IMG/VR virus record: IMGVR_UViG_3300036944_000366
Span: 1-62,536 of that record
Length of the DNA stretch: 62,536 bases
From: a virus
Taxonomy: Duplodnaviria > Caudoviricetes
Direction: 5' to 3' (one strand)
Part shown: piece after piece, positions 19,946 to 30,952 of the stretch
How positions within the stretch are numbered: the first letter of the stretch is position 1
Layout of the letters: every line of letters starts with the position of its first letter
Position numbers and translations under genes: made by a program
Notes under the pieces: generated by a model
What the model saw: only the letters and a program-made list of their open reading frames with translations
Databases searched by the model: none
What the model was told of the DNA's origin: nothing

Positions 19946-22900
19946 ATGGCTGACAAAATCCAACTCCCCAACGGTGCTTTTTTTCCGGTCAAAGAGGGCG
20001 AAAGTAAAGAGCAGGCGCTGTCTGTCGCCAAGCAGATGTACCCCGATGCGTTTGCTCCACCCGTAGCAGAGAAATCCAAGGAAGACACAAAGGGTTTCAA
20101 AGCTGCCGCAGCCGCAGGCTTTGAGCGACTCAAAGGCGAAGCCGCACTGACCGCGGGTAAGCTGGGCCTGATGGATGAGGCCAAGGCCGAGCAGTTCCAA
20201 AAAGAAAAGCAGGCCGCAGCACAAGCACGCTTCACTCCCACCGAAGAAGGCTGGACCGAAGCGCCATTCCAGAAGTTCAAAGAAACCCTTGGCGGTTCTG
20301 TGCCGTACATGCTGGCTCCTGCTGCCGCAGGTATTGCGGCTTTGGCCGCGCCAGTATCCGCCCCGGTTGCTGCTGGCTTGGGTTTGCTGGGCGCAGGCGC
20401 TGTGTCTACAGGCCAGTTCACCGGCTCCAACCTTGCCGCTCAGATGGAGACAGGCAAGTCCCTGAAGGAGTCCAGCGGAGCCGCTGCCCTTGCCGCAGCC
20501 GTTCCTCAAGCACTGATCGACACTGCCGCCATGGCGTTGCTGCCCGGTGTGGGCAAGCTGTTCGGCTCTGTGGGCTCCAAGCTGACAACCGAGCAAGCCA
20601 AAGCGATTGCCAACCAGACGCTTGGCAAAGCGGTCATGGACTACACCGCCAAGACCGGCACGGCCATGACCCGAGAAGGTTTTACCGAGACTGTGCAACA
20701 GGTACTCGAACGCCTGCAAGCAGGCACGAACCTCGCAGACGAAGACGCACGCAAAGAGTACATCGAGAGTTTTATTGGCGGCGCAGTGCTTGGCGGTGCA
20801 GTCGCGCCTGCTGGACGTTACATCGAGCGCAGCGGTGCAAAAACGCAGGCAGCAAAAGTTGATAGGGAAGAGCGCAACGTAGCGGCCAAAACAGCCGCTG
20901 AGCAAGCCCGCATCGCAGAGGAAGCGGACGCTGCCCGTAAGAACACGCCTGAGTACGCCATGGAAGTTGGGCAGCAGTACGACACCCTCCTGCAACAGTT
21001 TCAGGCAAAGCAGGCGCAACTCAAGAAGCCCGGCAAAAATGCAGACCCTGTGCAAAAGGCGGAGTACGCTGACGCACAGAAGGAATTGCAGGCCCTGAAC
21101 GGGCAACTCAAAGAGCTGGTGCCCGAGTACCGCCGCACAGCGCCTATCCGGGCGCAGATGCCTGAGACGCTTGAGCTGACACCTTCCCCAGCAGAAACGG
21201 CAGCACCGACAGAAGCCGTTGAAGTTGACCCTACCCAGTTACTTGAGCGCAAGCGTCAGGCGCAGCAGCTGCTGGAGCAAAACCAGCAAGAGCTGTCCGA
21301 CGTAACTGCCGCAGGCAACATGGCCCAGTTTGATGCGGGCATGAAGCAACGCAAAGCTCTGCAAAAAGAGATTGGCCAAATTGACGCGCAGCTTAAACAG
21401 GCCGGTGTAGAGGATGTGCAAACAGACCCCGCCGCTATTCAGGCGCAACTTGAGAAAGAATACGCGAAGCTCTCCAATATGGCAGGAGCGGGGTTTGATC
21501 CGGACAAGGCCGAACGCCAACGGGCAAAGATCACAAAGCTCGAAACACAGCTTCAAAGTGTTGCAGGCGGACAACAAGGTCTTGACTTCGGCGCTACTCG
21601 CACGTTGGAGCTCCCTCTTACTGCTGCGCAGAACCAACGCGAAGCTATGGCAGCACGCGGCACGGCCGCAGGCCAGCAACGTATTGCCGGTGTGGAGGAA
21701 GAAGAGCAAGCGCTGTTGGAAGAGCAGCGTGCGCAAACGGAACGAGACCTACAAGAAGCCCAGCGCGTGCAAGCACTTGGCGGAGAGTTTGCTGGGTTGC
21801 AGCGGATGCAGGCAGCTCCTGCCGGTATCTCCGACCAGTTTGGTTTGTTTGGTACTGAGGAGCTGCCACCCGCAGGGTCTGCGGGTATTGGGCAGATGAA
21901 GCAAAAGTTGCTGGGCGAAGACGTTACGTTTACCGCCGAGGAAGACAAACCGCGTGACCTGCGCCGTGTACCCGGCGCTGAGTTCAAACTCCGTGGCCGC
22001 AATGAAGGCACTGCGCCTGTTACACGCGATGAGCTGGCAGACCGCCTTAACCGTGTGCTGTCTACGTACGACCTGTCACCAGAAGCAGTTGAACTTTTGC
22101 AACGCGCTGAGAAAGCGTTGCCGCAGTCAGGCGCTGACTATTTTGCTTTGCTGGACGAACAGCTGGCCAAGATTGAAAGTGGTGAAGAAGGCGTGCCCCG
22201 TAAGGGACAAAGCCGCACAGCCGAGCTCCAGACATTCCCTGCGGCTCCGGCACAGCAGGCACGCGCATCTACTACAGCGCCAACAGAAGCTGGCGTTCGC
22301 CAAGTCGAACAAATTACTGGCGCAGTTCCGGGGCAAGCTGCTTCCAAGTTGAAGACTCCTATTGCGCAGCCAGAAGCTGAAGACCGCCGCACAGGCGTGC
22401 GCGGTGCAGCCGACGTAACAAAACGCGTGGACGATACGCAGGCATCCACACTGCGCGGTCCTTCTGCGCAAGCAGGCGAGTTGTCTTTGGCCAACGAGTT
22501 GGCGGAGCCTTTGCGTATACAAGAAGAAGCTGCCCGCGAAGACACTGGCCAGAAGTCGTTGTTCCCTGAAGAACAAGAAAAGCTGGGCTTCATCAAAGGC
22601 AATCGCGGTGCTTTCCAGATGTTCATGAAGAGCAAGTTCGTGCAGAACTTGCGCCAGCAGTTGCGCCGTGACGAGGAAATCGCCAAGCGTGCGCAGGCCA
22701 TCCCTGCGCTGGAGAAGCGTGCCAACAGCTTGATTGCCGAGATTGAGGACATCCTCAAACAGTACGCCGAGTACCGCAGTGCCGACGCCGTTGTGAAAGC
22801 CAACAAGGACGTGGCCAAAGCCAAACGTGACATGGCCGAAATCCGCGCAGCCGCCAGCAAGTCCACCGTGGACCGCATGCTTCTTGCCGGAGCCATCGAA

Positions 22901-25900
22901 GACCTCAAGCAAGCGCGTAAACAAGTCATTGAGCAGGGCTACACCGAAGGCGGTGTGCAGGAGTTGATCGCCAACATTGACGACGTCAACGCGCAGTTGC
23001 AAGACGCGCAGACAGACATGGCCCTGCTCAACTCAGCGTTGTCCGTGCTTGACGGTCAGATGCAGTCGTTTGCCGCTGTTCAGAAACTGACAGCACTGAT
23101 CGACAAGGCTCCGTCGGTCGAACGTATCGACCAAGCCAAGCAAGAGTTTGCGGCTGTTCGGGCCGAGCTGGAGGTCCTGCAAACTGAAAACAACGAACTG
23201 CAAACACGGTTGCGCAAAGACGCGGCAGACAAACGCCGTGCAGACGAGGCCGTCAAAGCAGCGGAGCGCAAAGCACAGGCGGCTGCGGGGCAGCTCAAAC
23301 CGTCCGAGCAAGCGCTCAACAACTTGCCAAACTATGACAAGGCTACGCAGTACCCGGCGCTGACTGAAGCACAAATGCTGGCGCGTGAACAAGGCGGCAC
23401 AACGCCCACACTGTCGGCAGCAGAAACAACGCAAATCAATGGCGACCCCGCACAAGTTCTTGGCGGCTATCGTTCACGCATTACTGACTTGGAAAAGCTC
23501 ATCAGGCAGTCGCAGGATAAATCCAAAACAGCGCTGGCCAAAGACATGGTGCAGCCTGCACAAAACCTGCGCGATGCCCTTGATAAAGCGTACAAAAAAG
23601 CCAAGTCTGCTGCCGAGCGAGATGTGCTGGGACCAAAACTGGATGCAGCCGAAGCCAAGTTGGCGCAAGCTAAAGCTGAGCTGGCCAACACGCAGGTAAT
23701 CTGGGTGGGCATGAAGAAGCAGATCAACGACTTGGCCAACGTCATGGCTCGCGCTGACTGGCTGGAAGGGCTTATTGCTGAAGGTAAGATTGAATTGGAA
23801 GCGCCCGCTGCCGCAAAGGTCCGGGCCAAACCCACAGCAGAAGAAGCCGCCACCACACGCGCAGCACAAGCCAAAGCCGCAGCAGAGCGCACAACTGCGC
23901 CTGCAACATCCGGCGAAGCGCTGACACGTTCGGAAGCCGCCAAGGCACGCCAGTCCCAAAAGACTTTGTTTGAAGGCAAAGGCGTGCCTGAAGGGACGGC
24001 AAAAGAAATCCCAATGACTCCCGCTGAGCGTTTGGCGGCTATGCAAAAAACCGCTGCGGCGCGGAACAAAGCGCTGTATCGTGTATCCGCCACAACCGGC
24101 CCAAGCATGAGCGTAGCTCAAGTGCAAAAAGTCTATGACGCGCTGACAGGTGCGTGGGTGAACAAGCCTGAGACTGTTGTGGTGGCGGATGAAAAAGGTT
24201 TGCCCATCCGTATTCGCAATCAAGCAGAGCGCGATGGTATGACCGGCAAGATTCCCGGTTTGTATGACCCCGTAAGTGGCAAGGTGTATTTGGTTGCGTC
24301 CAACCTGCGCAGCGTCAACGACGTGATCCTGACGACAGTGCACGAGATTGCTGGCCACTTTGGCTTGCAGTCCATCCTTGGCGACACCTACGCCAAGACC
24401 ATGACCGACATCTACAACGGCAACGCAGCTATCCGTAAAGCTGCCAACGCCAAGATGAAACAGGTCAAGTCTCTTGACCAGAACACCGCCGTGGAAGAAG
24501 CGCTGGCAGAGCAGGCCGAGTTGGACCCCAACGCGCCGGATACCCGCAGCGCCATGCGCAAGATTTACGACACCCTGAAGAAGTGGGTGCGCGACACCTT
24601 GGGGTTAAAGGACACCGTCACAGACGCACAGGTCAACCAGATCATTGCCAACGCCCGCAAGTACGTCATCCAAGGCGGCGAAGCCGGTACGGGTACGGCT
24701 GGCGTAGCTACGCCGTCATACCGCTCAAAAACCACAGCACCCGCCAACGCACTGGAGTCATTGGCCCAAGACATCACAGCGCAGCCCAAGACCCTCAAAG
24801 AGAAGCTGGGCAACAACTTGGCGTTGCAGGCTGAAATGCAGGCCGTGGATATGCGGGCGGGTTTGCGTGACGTGCTCAAGTTTGGCGACGACAACCTGTT
24901 CACACAAGCGATGTACCACGTGCGCAAGGCCGAGCAGAAGATGGCGCAGATGTTCACCGTGATGAACAGCGGCCCGCTGGTGGCTTACAAAGACGAGAAA
25001 GGTCTCGTCGGCTACCGCAGCTCAAACCAGAACAGTGCTCGGGAAGTGTTTGACGCCATCGCTGACATCCCTGTGGACGACCCACAACTGAAGACCAACA
25101 TCGCGCAAGCGTACATGGTTGCTCAGCGTGCGCAAAACAAAGGTCTGTCCAAGCTGGACTTCGGTGAGTTGGGTATCACAGAGGAAAAACTGCAAGCCGC
25201 CTTGGCAGCAGCCAATGCCGACCCTGCCTTGAAAGACGCGCTGGAGAACGTGCGCCGCAAGTACAACGCCTACAACAAGGGGTTGATCGAGTTCCTCGCC
25301 AGCTCTGGCCGCATCTCCAAGAAGACGGCCGCTGACTTGCTGAAAGACGGCGACTACGTGCCTTACTACCGTGTGCGTGACAACGGCACAGCCGAGCTGA
25401 ACTTCGGCAACAACGTCACGTTCAACGTGGGCGACATCCGCCGCCAGCCATACCTTGCCGAACTCAAAGGCGGCGAGACCAAACTGCTGCCCTTGAACGA
25501 AGCCATCCAGCAAAACACTTTGCTGCTGACGGACATGGCGTTGACCAACAACGCCACCAAGAGCGTGGCGTACGGCTTGCAGGCTCTGGGCAAAGGCATG
25601 GGGCCAGTCGATCCGAAGACAGGCAAGCCTACAAACCTGATGCCCATCAAACCCGGCAAAGGCCCAGCAGACGCCCGTACTATCCGGTTCTTCCAAGAGC
25701 CGGACCCAAACAAGCCAGACGACACTGGTGAGCGCCACGTTGTGGTGGAGACCAAGGGTACGCTTGCCGAAGGCGTCCCTGCGGAACTCGTGGTACAGAG
25801 CTTGGAAGGCTCAAGCCTTGCGCTGCCCGGCTTCCTGAAACTGGGCGGTGTTGCTGCCGATCTGTTGCGTGCTGGTGTGACCCGCACACCTCTGTACATT

Positions 25901-27376
25901 GCCCGCAAACTGCTGCGCGAACCCATGGCCGCGTCGTTTACCGGCGGTCTGGAGTCAAACACGTTCTCGTCCATCTTCAAGGCAGGCGCTGAGTATCTAC
26001 GCATGAGCACTGGCCGCAGCGACATGCAGGCCAAGCTGATCGAGAAAGGCTTGATCCAGTCCAACATCTTCGCAGGCGACATGTCTGACATGAAGAAGAT
26101 GGCGCTCCAGCTTGCCAGCGGTAAAGACCAAAACGCTTTTGAAAAGCTCCTTGCTGCGGCTGACCGTTCTGCGATGCGGGCGGACGCCGCTACGCTGGCG
26201 CTGGTGCTCAAAAACGCTGAAGCCAACGGCTTGTCCGAAGTCGAGGCCGATATGGCCACGATGGAGTCGATGAACTTCTACAAGCGCGGGCTGTCGCCAA
26301 CGCTGCAATACGCAAGCCGCCTGATTCCGTTCTTCAACGCCCAGATTCAGGGTCTGAACGTGTTGGTCAAGGCAGCGCGAGGCAACATGCCGTTCGAGGA
26401 ACAGCAGCAAATCAAGCGCAAGTTCTTCAACAATGCGCTGTTGTTGACCGCCACCGGTCTGGTGTATGCCATGGCCATGGAAGACGACGAGACTTTCCGC
26501 AACGCACGCCCACGGGATAAGTACTCCAACTTCTTCATGCCGATCCCCGGCGTGGATGAGCCACTGAAGTTGCCAATCCCGTTTGAAGCGGGTTACTTCT
26601 TCTCCATGGCGGTTGCCGCTGTGGATGCAATGCGTGCCGAGACTGACGGCAAAGCGCAGTGGCAGGCTATCCGTGATCTGTTCTTGGGCTCGGTCCCCGG
26701 CTACTCGTCCATGGGCATGCCGCAGATCGTCAAGCCTGCCTTTGAGGTGTGGACCAACAAGAACTTCCTGACTGGCGGTCCCGTTGAGTCGTTGCGTTTG
26801 CAGGGCATGAACCCAGAAGAGCGCTACCTTGCCACCACGACAGAGCTGGCCAAGCAGATGAGCAAGGCGGTGCCTATCTTGTCCCCCGTCCAGATCGAGC
26901 ACATTGTGCGCGGGTACTTGGGTGTGCTGCCTCTGGCAGCAGCGGCTGGGGCCAACGGTTTGTTTGAACGTGAAGGCAAGGGCGAGAAGCCTGAAGGCCG
27001 TGCGTCAGACCTGCCGCTGGTGGGTACCGCCTTCCAGAAGAAGTACGGCGGTGCTGATGCTGACGTTGTGTTCCGTGAAGCCAAAGAAGCCGAGCAGACA
27101 CGCAACACGCTCAACAAAATGCTCAAGGAAGGCCGCAAAGAAGAGGCCATCGAGTTCCGTGATGCAAACCGTGCCGAGCTGGCGCTGGCTTCTGTCGCAG
27201 GGCAGTACCGCCAAGTGGTTGGGCGCATCAACGAGGACATCCGCCGCACGCAAGAGCGCACCGACTTGAACGCTCAGGAAAAGCGTATCCGACTGGACGC
27301 GCTGGACAAGGCCAAGCAAGACCGCGCCGATGCTTTCCTCAAAGCACAGCGCAGAATTGAAGAAGCTCAGCGATAA
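19946..27376 (+). CDS. Giant (2476 aa) polyvalent / ejection protein with zincin-like motif and LPD38-like C-terminus
   Basis: VHEIAGHFGL motif; C-terminal LPIPFEAG...KPAFEVWTNKNFLTG...SPVQIEHIVRGYLG. Confidence 0.75.
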   Translation: MADKIQLPNGAFFPVKEGESKEQALSVAKQMYPDAFAPPVAEKSKEDTKGFKAAAAAGFERLKGEAALTAGKLGLMDEAKAEQFQKEKQAAAQARFTPTEEGWTEAPFQKFKETLGGSVPYMLAPAAAGIAALAAPVSAPVAAGLGLLGAGAVSTGQFTGSNLAAQMETGKSLKESSGAAALAAAVPQALIDTAAMALLPGVGKLFGSVGSKLTTEQAKAIANQTLGKAVMDYTAKTGTAMTREGFTETVQQVLERLQAGTNLADEDARKEYIESFIGGAVLGGAVAPAGRYIERSGAKTQAAKVDREERNVAAKTAAEQARIAEEADAARKNTPEYAMEVGQQYDTLLQQFQAKQAQLKKPGKNADPVQKAEYADAQKELQALNGQLKELVPEYRRTAPIRAQMPETLELTPSPAETAAPTEAVEVDPTQLLERKRQAQQLLEQNQQELSDVTAAGNMAQFDAGMKQRKALQKEIGQIDAQLKQAGVEDVQTDPAAIQAQLEKEYAKLSNMAGAGFDPDKAERQRAKITKLETQLQSVAGGQQGLDFGATRTLELPLTAAQNQREAMAARGTAAGQQRIAGVEEEEQALLEEQRAQTERDLQEAQRVQALGGEFAGLQRMQAAPAGISDQFGLFGTEELPPAGSAGIGQMKQKLLGEDVTFTAEEDKPRDLRRVPGAEFKLRGRNEGTAPVTRDELADRLNRVLSTYDLSPEAVELLQRAEKALPQSGADYFALLDEQLAKIESGEEGVPRKGQSRTAELQTFPAAPAQQARASTTAPTEAGVRQVEQITGAVPGQAASKLKTPIAQPEAEDRRTGVRGAADVTKRVDDTQASTLRGPSAQAGELSLANELAEPLRIQEEAAREDTGQKSLFPEEQEKLGFIKGNRGAFQMFMKSKFVQNLRQQLRRDEEIAKRAQAIPALEKRANSLIAEIEDILKQYAEYRSADAVVKANKDVAKAKRDMAEIRAAASKSTVDRMLLAGAIEDLKQARKQVIEQGYTEGGVQELIANIDDVNAQLQDAQTDMALLNSALSVLDGQMQSFAAVQKLTALIDKAPSVERIDQAKQEFAAVRAELEVLQTENNELQTRLRKDAADKRRADEAVKAAERKAQAAAGQLKPSEQALNNLPNYDKATQYPALTEAQMLAREQGGTTPTLSAAETTQINGDPAQVLGGYRSRITDLEKLIRQSQDKSKTALAKDMVQPAQNLRDALDKAYKKAKSAAERDVLGPKLDAAEAKLAQAKAELANTQVIWVGMKKQINDLANVMARADWLEGLIAEGKIELEAPAAAKVRAKPTAEEAATTRAAQAKAAAERTTAPATSGEALTRSEAAKARQSQKTLFEGKGVPEGTAKEIPMTPAERLAAMQKTAAARNKALYRVSATTGPSMSVAQVQKVYDALTGAWVNKPETVVVADEKGLPIRIRNQAERDGMTGKIPGLYDPVSGKVYLVASNLRSVNDVILTTVHEIAGHFGLQSILGDTYAKTMTDIYNGNAAIRKAANAKMKQVKSLDQNTAVEEALAEQAELDPNAPDTRSAMRKIYDTLKKWVRDTLGLKDTVTDAQVNQIIANARKYVIQGGEAGTGTAGVATPSYRSKTTAPANALESLAQDITAQPKTLKEKLGNNLALQAEMQAVDMRAGLRDVLKFGDDNLFTQAMYHVRKAEQKMAQMFTVMNSGPLVAYKDEKGLVGYRSSNQNSAREVFDAIADIPVDDPQLKTNIAQAYMVAQRAQNKGLSKLDFGELGITEEKLQAALAAANADPALKDALENVRRKYNAYNKGLIEFLASSGRISKKTAADLLKDGDYVPYYRVRDNGTAELNFGNNVTFNVGDIRRQPYLAELKGGETKLLPLNEAIQQNTLLLTDMALTNNATKSVAYGLQALGKGMGPVDPKTGKPTNLMPIKPGKGPADARTIRFFQEPDPNKPDDTGERHVVVETKGTLAEGVPAELVVQSLEGSSLALPGFLKLGGVAADLLRAGVTRTPLYIARKLLREPMAASFTGGLESNTFSSIFKAGAEYLRMSTGRSDMQAKLIEKGLIQSNIFAGDMSDMKKMALQLASGKDQNAFEKLLAAADRSAMRADAATLALVLKNAEANGLSEVEADMATMESMNFYKRGLSPTLQYASRLIPFFNAQIQGLNVLVKAARGNMPFEEQQQIKRKFFNNALLLTATGLVYAMAMEDDETFRNARPRDKYSNFFMPIPGVDEPLKLPIPFEAGYFFSMAVAAVDAMRAETDGKAQWQAIRDLFLGSVPGYSSMGMPQIVKPAFEVWTNKNFLTGGPVESLRLQGMNPEERYLATTTELAKQMSKAVPILSPVQIEHIVRGYLGVLPLAAAAGANGLFEREGKGEKPEGRASDLPLVGTAFQKKYGGADADVVFREAKEAEQTRNTLNKMLKEGRKEEAIEFRDANRAELALASVAGQYRQVVGRINEDIRRTQERTDLNAQEKRIRLDALDKAKQDRADAFLKAQRRIEEAQR

Positions 27377-27555
27377 AACCACACCCCGCTCAGTCCCTTG
27401 TGGACGGCGGGGTAGGCTTTGGCATCGAAGATGCGGCAGCGCAGCGCCTCACTGAGGCCTGCTTTGCGTACTGCTTCGGAGTTGAGGCAGGGGATGAAGA
27501 ACCCCTGCCCCCGCTCAACTCGTGCCCAAGGGAATGCTCTGGAGTACCGAGTCAT
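27367..27555 (-). CDS. Small hypothetical protein
   Basis: FPWARVERGQGFFIPCL...GVWFYR; last gene of the minus arm. Confidence 0.6.
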   Translation of the reverse strand: MTRYSRAFPWARVERGQGFFIPCLNSEAVRKAGLSEALRCRIFDAKAYPAVHKGLSGVWFYR

Positions 27556-30502
27556 CGAGTGTGCTCATGTTCGCGCTCAGGCGCAGTGTTGCCACACGCA
27601 TCGGGGGGCCGTCCGTCTTGGCCAGCATGTCCTTCTTGGGAACTTGCTGCACGATGAACGAGTGCGCGATCTCCTGCTTGAACGTGGCGTAACTGAAGCT
27701 CATGTTGGAGCAGAACGCACGGAGCAGGCGCTCCTCGATGTAGAAGTCGATATAGCCCGGATTGACGCCATGCTCGACCCGGCCCATGATCTCTTGCCGC
27801 GTTGTCGTCTTGCCCACACTCGTGCCGTCCCCAAACATCGCAGCAGGGCCCGCCTTCTCGCCGTACTTGACGATGACGAACTTGCCTTGGAACTCTTGGG
27901 TGAACGCGTTGAGCACGTCCTCTGCGGTGCGCTTGCCGCCCTTGATGGCCTGACGCTGGTGGTCGATCTGTCGGCGGTACGACTCGATGATCTCCTGCAA
28001 GGGGATGTTGACGATGCCCGTGTGCTTGTCGCTCAGAAGCAGACCAGCCGCAATGATTGCGCCCACACCGGCCATCCAGTACCGCTCGTCGTTGGGGGCC
28101 TTGTACTCGGTGTACATACGGCGCACGCACTCAGGAACCAGCTCACGCAGCATGCTTGCGTTGTCCACCAGATACTGCGCCAAGATTTCGCCTGCTACGG
28201 CAAAGTTGAACGGCAGCGTCTTGATGATCTCGATCTCCTCTTGCGACCACTCCAGCTTCACGTCCATGTTGAACTCGATCATGCGGCGCAACTCACCCTC
28301 GGAGGAGTGCTTGCGCTCACCTGTCATGTAGTCAACGGCAGGGCGGTTGGAGGACATCAGCGCCAGCGTGGCCCATGTGGACAGGTTCAGCCGTTCCTTG
28401 TTGGTTCCAGACTCCATGCGCTCTTTGCCGCGCCCTTCGCTCATGCTGAACAAGAAGGCAGGGAACCACTCGAAGTCCTTGCGGTTGTTGGTTGTGATCT
28501 CGTCCGTGATAAGCGGCAAGCTGCGCAGGTGACCAAGGCGTTGCTGCATAGCAACAGGTGATGTGCCCGAGCCTGTGCGGTAGTGGATGGGGTGGCCCCA
28601 GATGGATGCCGCTGCATCCAGTGACAACGACTTGCCAGTGCCTGACTCAGTGGACGCTACGTGGACTGTCATGCCCAGCAGGCCAGTGAACTTCATCAAG
28701 GGGGCGGCAGCACCGGCCAGCACCACGGCCAACTGATCCCACATCTTGCGCCGCACCATCATGTTGATGACGGTTCTCCACGCATCAAGCGTGCCCGTGG
28801 GTTTGGTGCTGTTCACAATGTTTTGCAACTCAGTCATCGGAACCATGACCGGCAAACGGTTTGCGCTGTACACGCGGCTTGCAAAAACAAACGTACCGTC
28901 GTCTTGCCACCCGTAGCTGGGAGGCATGTTGATAGGGGACCGCTCCACGCTGATCTTCTCCACGCTGGCGCGGACGTAGTCGTAGAAGTTCTTGTCGTTG
29001 CCGGAACCAAACGCTGCCATGACGTTCTGGTTGGCCAAGTGTTTGATCGTCTCGTCCTTGCTGGCCAGACACTTTTGGGGAACCAGCACGTTGTGCAGCT
29101 GCTTGTTCTTGATGACGCAGAAGTGCACCTCGTAGCTGCCGTTGTTGTTCAGCACGTCCACCGGGAAAATAGTGTTGGAACAAAGCAACAGTTGCTTCGT
29201 GACCTTGTGGCCGTCACTGTCTTCCTCGATGCGTTCCAAGAACACGCCGCCCCTTGCACCAAAGGCATAGCCCCGTGGTGGCTCAGGCTGGGCAATCAGT
29301 ACAGTGTCGGCCTCAGTATCGGTATCGGACGCTGCGCTGCTCTCAACTTCGACCGTAGTCTCCTCAGTGGTCAGCGCCATCTCTCTGCCCCACAACAGTG
29401 GGTTGGTGATCTTGCCCCAGTGCGGGCAGCCGCGGCATACGCCGGGGTTCATGTCGTCCATGGCAGCGCATGAGTACGGGCCTTTGATCTCGGCCAGCTT
29501 CTGGTGCATGCGCTCGTGGGGGTAGGGGTGCAGGTCGCTGAGCCACGTAGCCGCCTTCCCGCCGTCTGCGCAGACCTTGGCCCAACTGAGCACTCCGCGC
29601 CAGATCGGCTCCATGCCGTCATCGCTTGCGTTGTCCACGTAGTTCTGGAGCTGGCCGCATCCGGTGCCTGCCTTTGTTTTGAGCAGGAGTTTCTTGAACA
29701 GCGTGATGCTGTTTTGTGCAAGCGCCGTCAACGTGGATGGCGCACCGGCTCCCGTTGGCCTTTGCCCCGGCAACGCAAGTGTTGAGCTGGTAGGCATCTT
29801 CACGAACTCGGGGCCAAACCCTTCGGCCGTCATGATGGCCTCGACGTCGTCCACAGCGAACCGATCCCCCTCGGAGATACTGCGCACATTCGTAGCGCCG
29901 CGCACCGCCTTGCCGTTCTTGATCCCGGTGTTGATGGTGTCAGGTACGCGCAAGACCCGAGAAGCATCGCCTGTGACAGCAGTGTCGATGGCCAGCCCAT
30001 GCTTGAGGCACATCTCTTTGAAGCGCTTGGCAAAGGCGTACCAGTCGTCCTTGAACAGCATCTCGTCCAGCGGCCAGTAGGCGTGAATGCCGCCGCCAGA
30101 ATGAACCAGCCAAGGGTCGCCCAGACCTGCCAGTCCGGTGTCCTCACAGAACTTCTGCAAGGCTTGCGCCGCAGCTTTGGCGCTTGGGTATGACTTGGGC
30201 TTGATGACCAGCTCACCCTCTTTGTCTGGCACAGGGATGTCTTTGGGGTGGTTGCAGTCAAGGTCCACGGCCAGCACTTGGCTGGCGTGCATGTTGTCCT
30301 TGGTGCGGTCCTTGTCCGTGCCGAACGTGCCGAGTGCGAAGTATGTGTCGTATCCAGCTTGCGCCCACTTCTCGACGGTGGGCATGAGTTCCTCAAGTGT
30401 TTGTCCGAAGACGTGTTGTTTCTTCTTTGAGAGTTCTACCGCGCAGTAATAGCCATTACCCGGAGACGGCAAAACCGCCGCCATCAAATCGAGCGGAGTC
30501 AT
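27515..30502 (-). CDS. Primase / helicase with DUF927 domain
   Basis: N-terminal AVDLD, SGGGIHAYW, SRVLRVP (prim-pol like); Cys cluster; ESGTGKS P-loop and LITDE Walker B. Confidence 0.85.
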   Translation of the reverse strand: MTPLDLMAAVLPSPGNGYYCAVELSKKKQHVFGQTLEELMPTVEKWAQAGYDTYFALGTFGTDKDRTKDNMHASQVLAVDLDCNHPKDIPVPDKEGELVIKPKSYPSAKAAAQALQKFCEDTGLAGLGDPWLVHSGGGIHAYWPLDEMLFKDDWYAFAKRFKEMCLKHGLAIDTAVTGDASRVLRVPDTINTGIKNGKAVRGATNVRSISEGDRFAVDDVEAIMTAEGFGPEFVKMPTSSTLALPGQRPTGAGAPSTLTALAQNSITLFKKLLLKTKAGTGCGQLQNYVDNASDDGMEPIWRGVLSWAKVCADGGKAATWLSDLHPYPHERMHQKLAEIKGPYSCAAMDDMNPGVCRGCPHWGKITNPLLWGREMALTTEETTVEVESSAASDTDTEADTVLIAQPEPPRGYAFGARGGVFLERIEEDSDGHKVTKQLLLCSNTIFPVDVLNNNGSYEVHFCVIKNKQLHNVLVPQKCLASKDETIKHLANQNVMAAFGSGNDKNFYDYVRASVEKISVERSPINMPPSYGWQDDGTFVFASRVYSANRLPVMVPMTELQNIVNSTKPTGTLDAWRTVINMMVRRKMWDQLAVVLAGAAAPLMKFTGLLGMTVHVASTESGTGKSLSLDAAASIWGHPIHYRTGSGTSPVAMQQRLGHLRSLPLITDEITTNNRKDFEWFPAFLFSMSEGRGKERMESGTNKERLNLSTWATLALMSSNRPAVDYMTGERKHSSEGELRRMIEFNMDVKLEWSQEEIEIIKTLPFNFAVAGEILAQYLVDNASMLRELVPECVRRMYTEYKAPNDERYWMAGVGAIIAAGLLLSDKHTGIVNIPLQEIIESYRRQIDHQRQAIKGGKRTAEDVLNAFTQEFQGKFVIVKYGEKAGPAAMFGDGTSVGKTTTRQEIMGRVEHGVNPGYIDFYIEERLLRAFCSNMSFSYATFKQEIAHSFIVQQVPKKDMLAKTDGPPMRVATLRLSANMSTLDDSVLQSIPLGTS

Positions 30503-30522
30503 GAGGGTCCTTCGGGAACAGA

Positions 30523-30675
30523 TTACTTGAGGGTGTCTTCGTAGACGTTGTCGGACAGCGTAGCAAAGCGCTCGTACAACTCTTTCACGACTTCGGCAGG
30601 CACGCTGTAGTTGGCCATGTAAATGTGGTTCAGCAACTCTTCGTCAGTCAGGGCTTGAGGTTGTACTCGTGACAT
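30523..30675 (-). CDS. 50-aa hypothetical protein (not in ORF track)
   Basis: GGAGAAG RBS; MSRVQPQALTDEELL...; fills the gap. Confidence 0.6.
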   Translation of the reverse strand: MSRVQPQALTDEELLNHIYMANYSVPAEVVKELYERFATLSDNVYEDTLK

Positions 30676-30926
30676 ATTCTTCTCCATGCCTCATCCGCTG
30701 TGGTTGAGGACTGCATTATTGTTAAAAGGGTTTCCACGCGATGGCGGTACGCAACAAAGACTTCTGATCCGTTGAACCAGTTGTAGACGGTCTGTCGTGT
30801 GACGCCAAGGGCGAAGGCTATTTTCGTGACGGGGAAATCCAAGTGGATAGCCCAACGCCCAAGCTGGTTGCCCAGAGACTTGGGAGTCTTCATCACGTCA
30901 TCAATGATTTTTTGTGAGTAGGCCAT
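30648..30926 (-). CDS. HTH (Cro/XRE-like) transcriptional regulator
   Basis: VTKIAFALGVTRQTVYNWFNG helix-turn-helix. Confidence 0.85.
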   Translation of the reverse strand: MAYSQKIIDDVMKTPKSLGNQLGRWAIHLDFPVTKIAFALGVTRQTVYNWFNGSEVFVAYRHRVETLLTIMQSSTTADEAWRRICHEYNLKP

Positions 30927-30932
30927 GGTAGT

Positions 30933-30950
30933 AGGGGCCGAAGCCCCTTT
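30933..30950. terminator. GC-rich hairpin (UUCG loop on minus strand)
   Basis: AGGGGC-CGAA-GCCCCT between SPFH and HTH genes; weak U tract. Confidence 0.5.
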
Positions 30951-30952
30951 GG

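Noticed and set aside
27419-28561. Long opposite-strand ORFs (also 19829..21106, 33638..34630, 25997..26902 and others)
   Set aside because: Shadow frames of well-supported genes in GC-rich, codon-biased DNA; no RBS or motifs.
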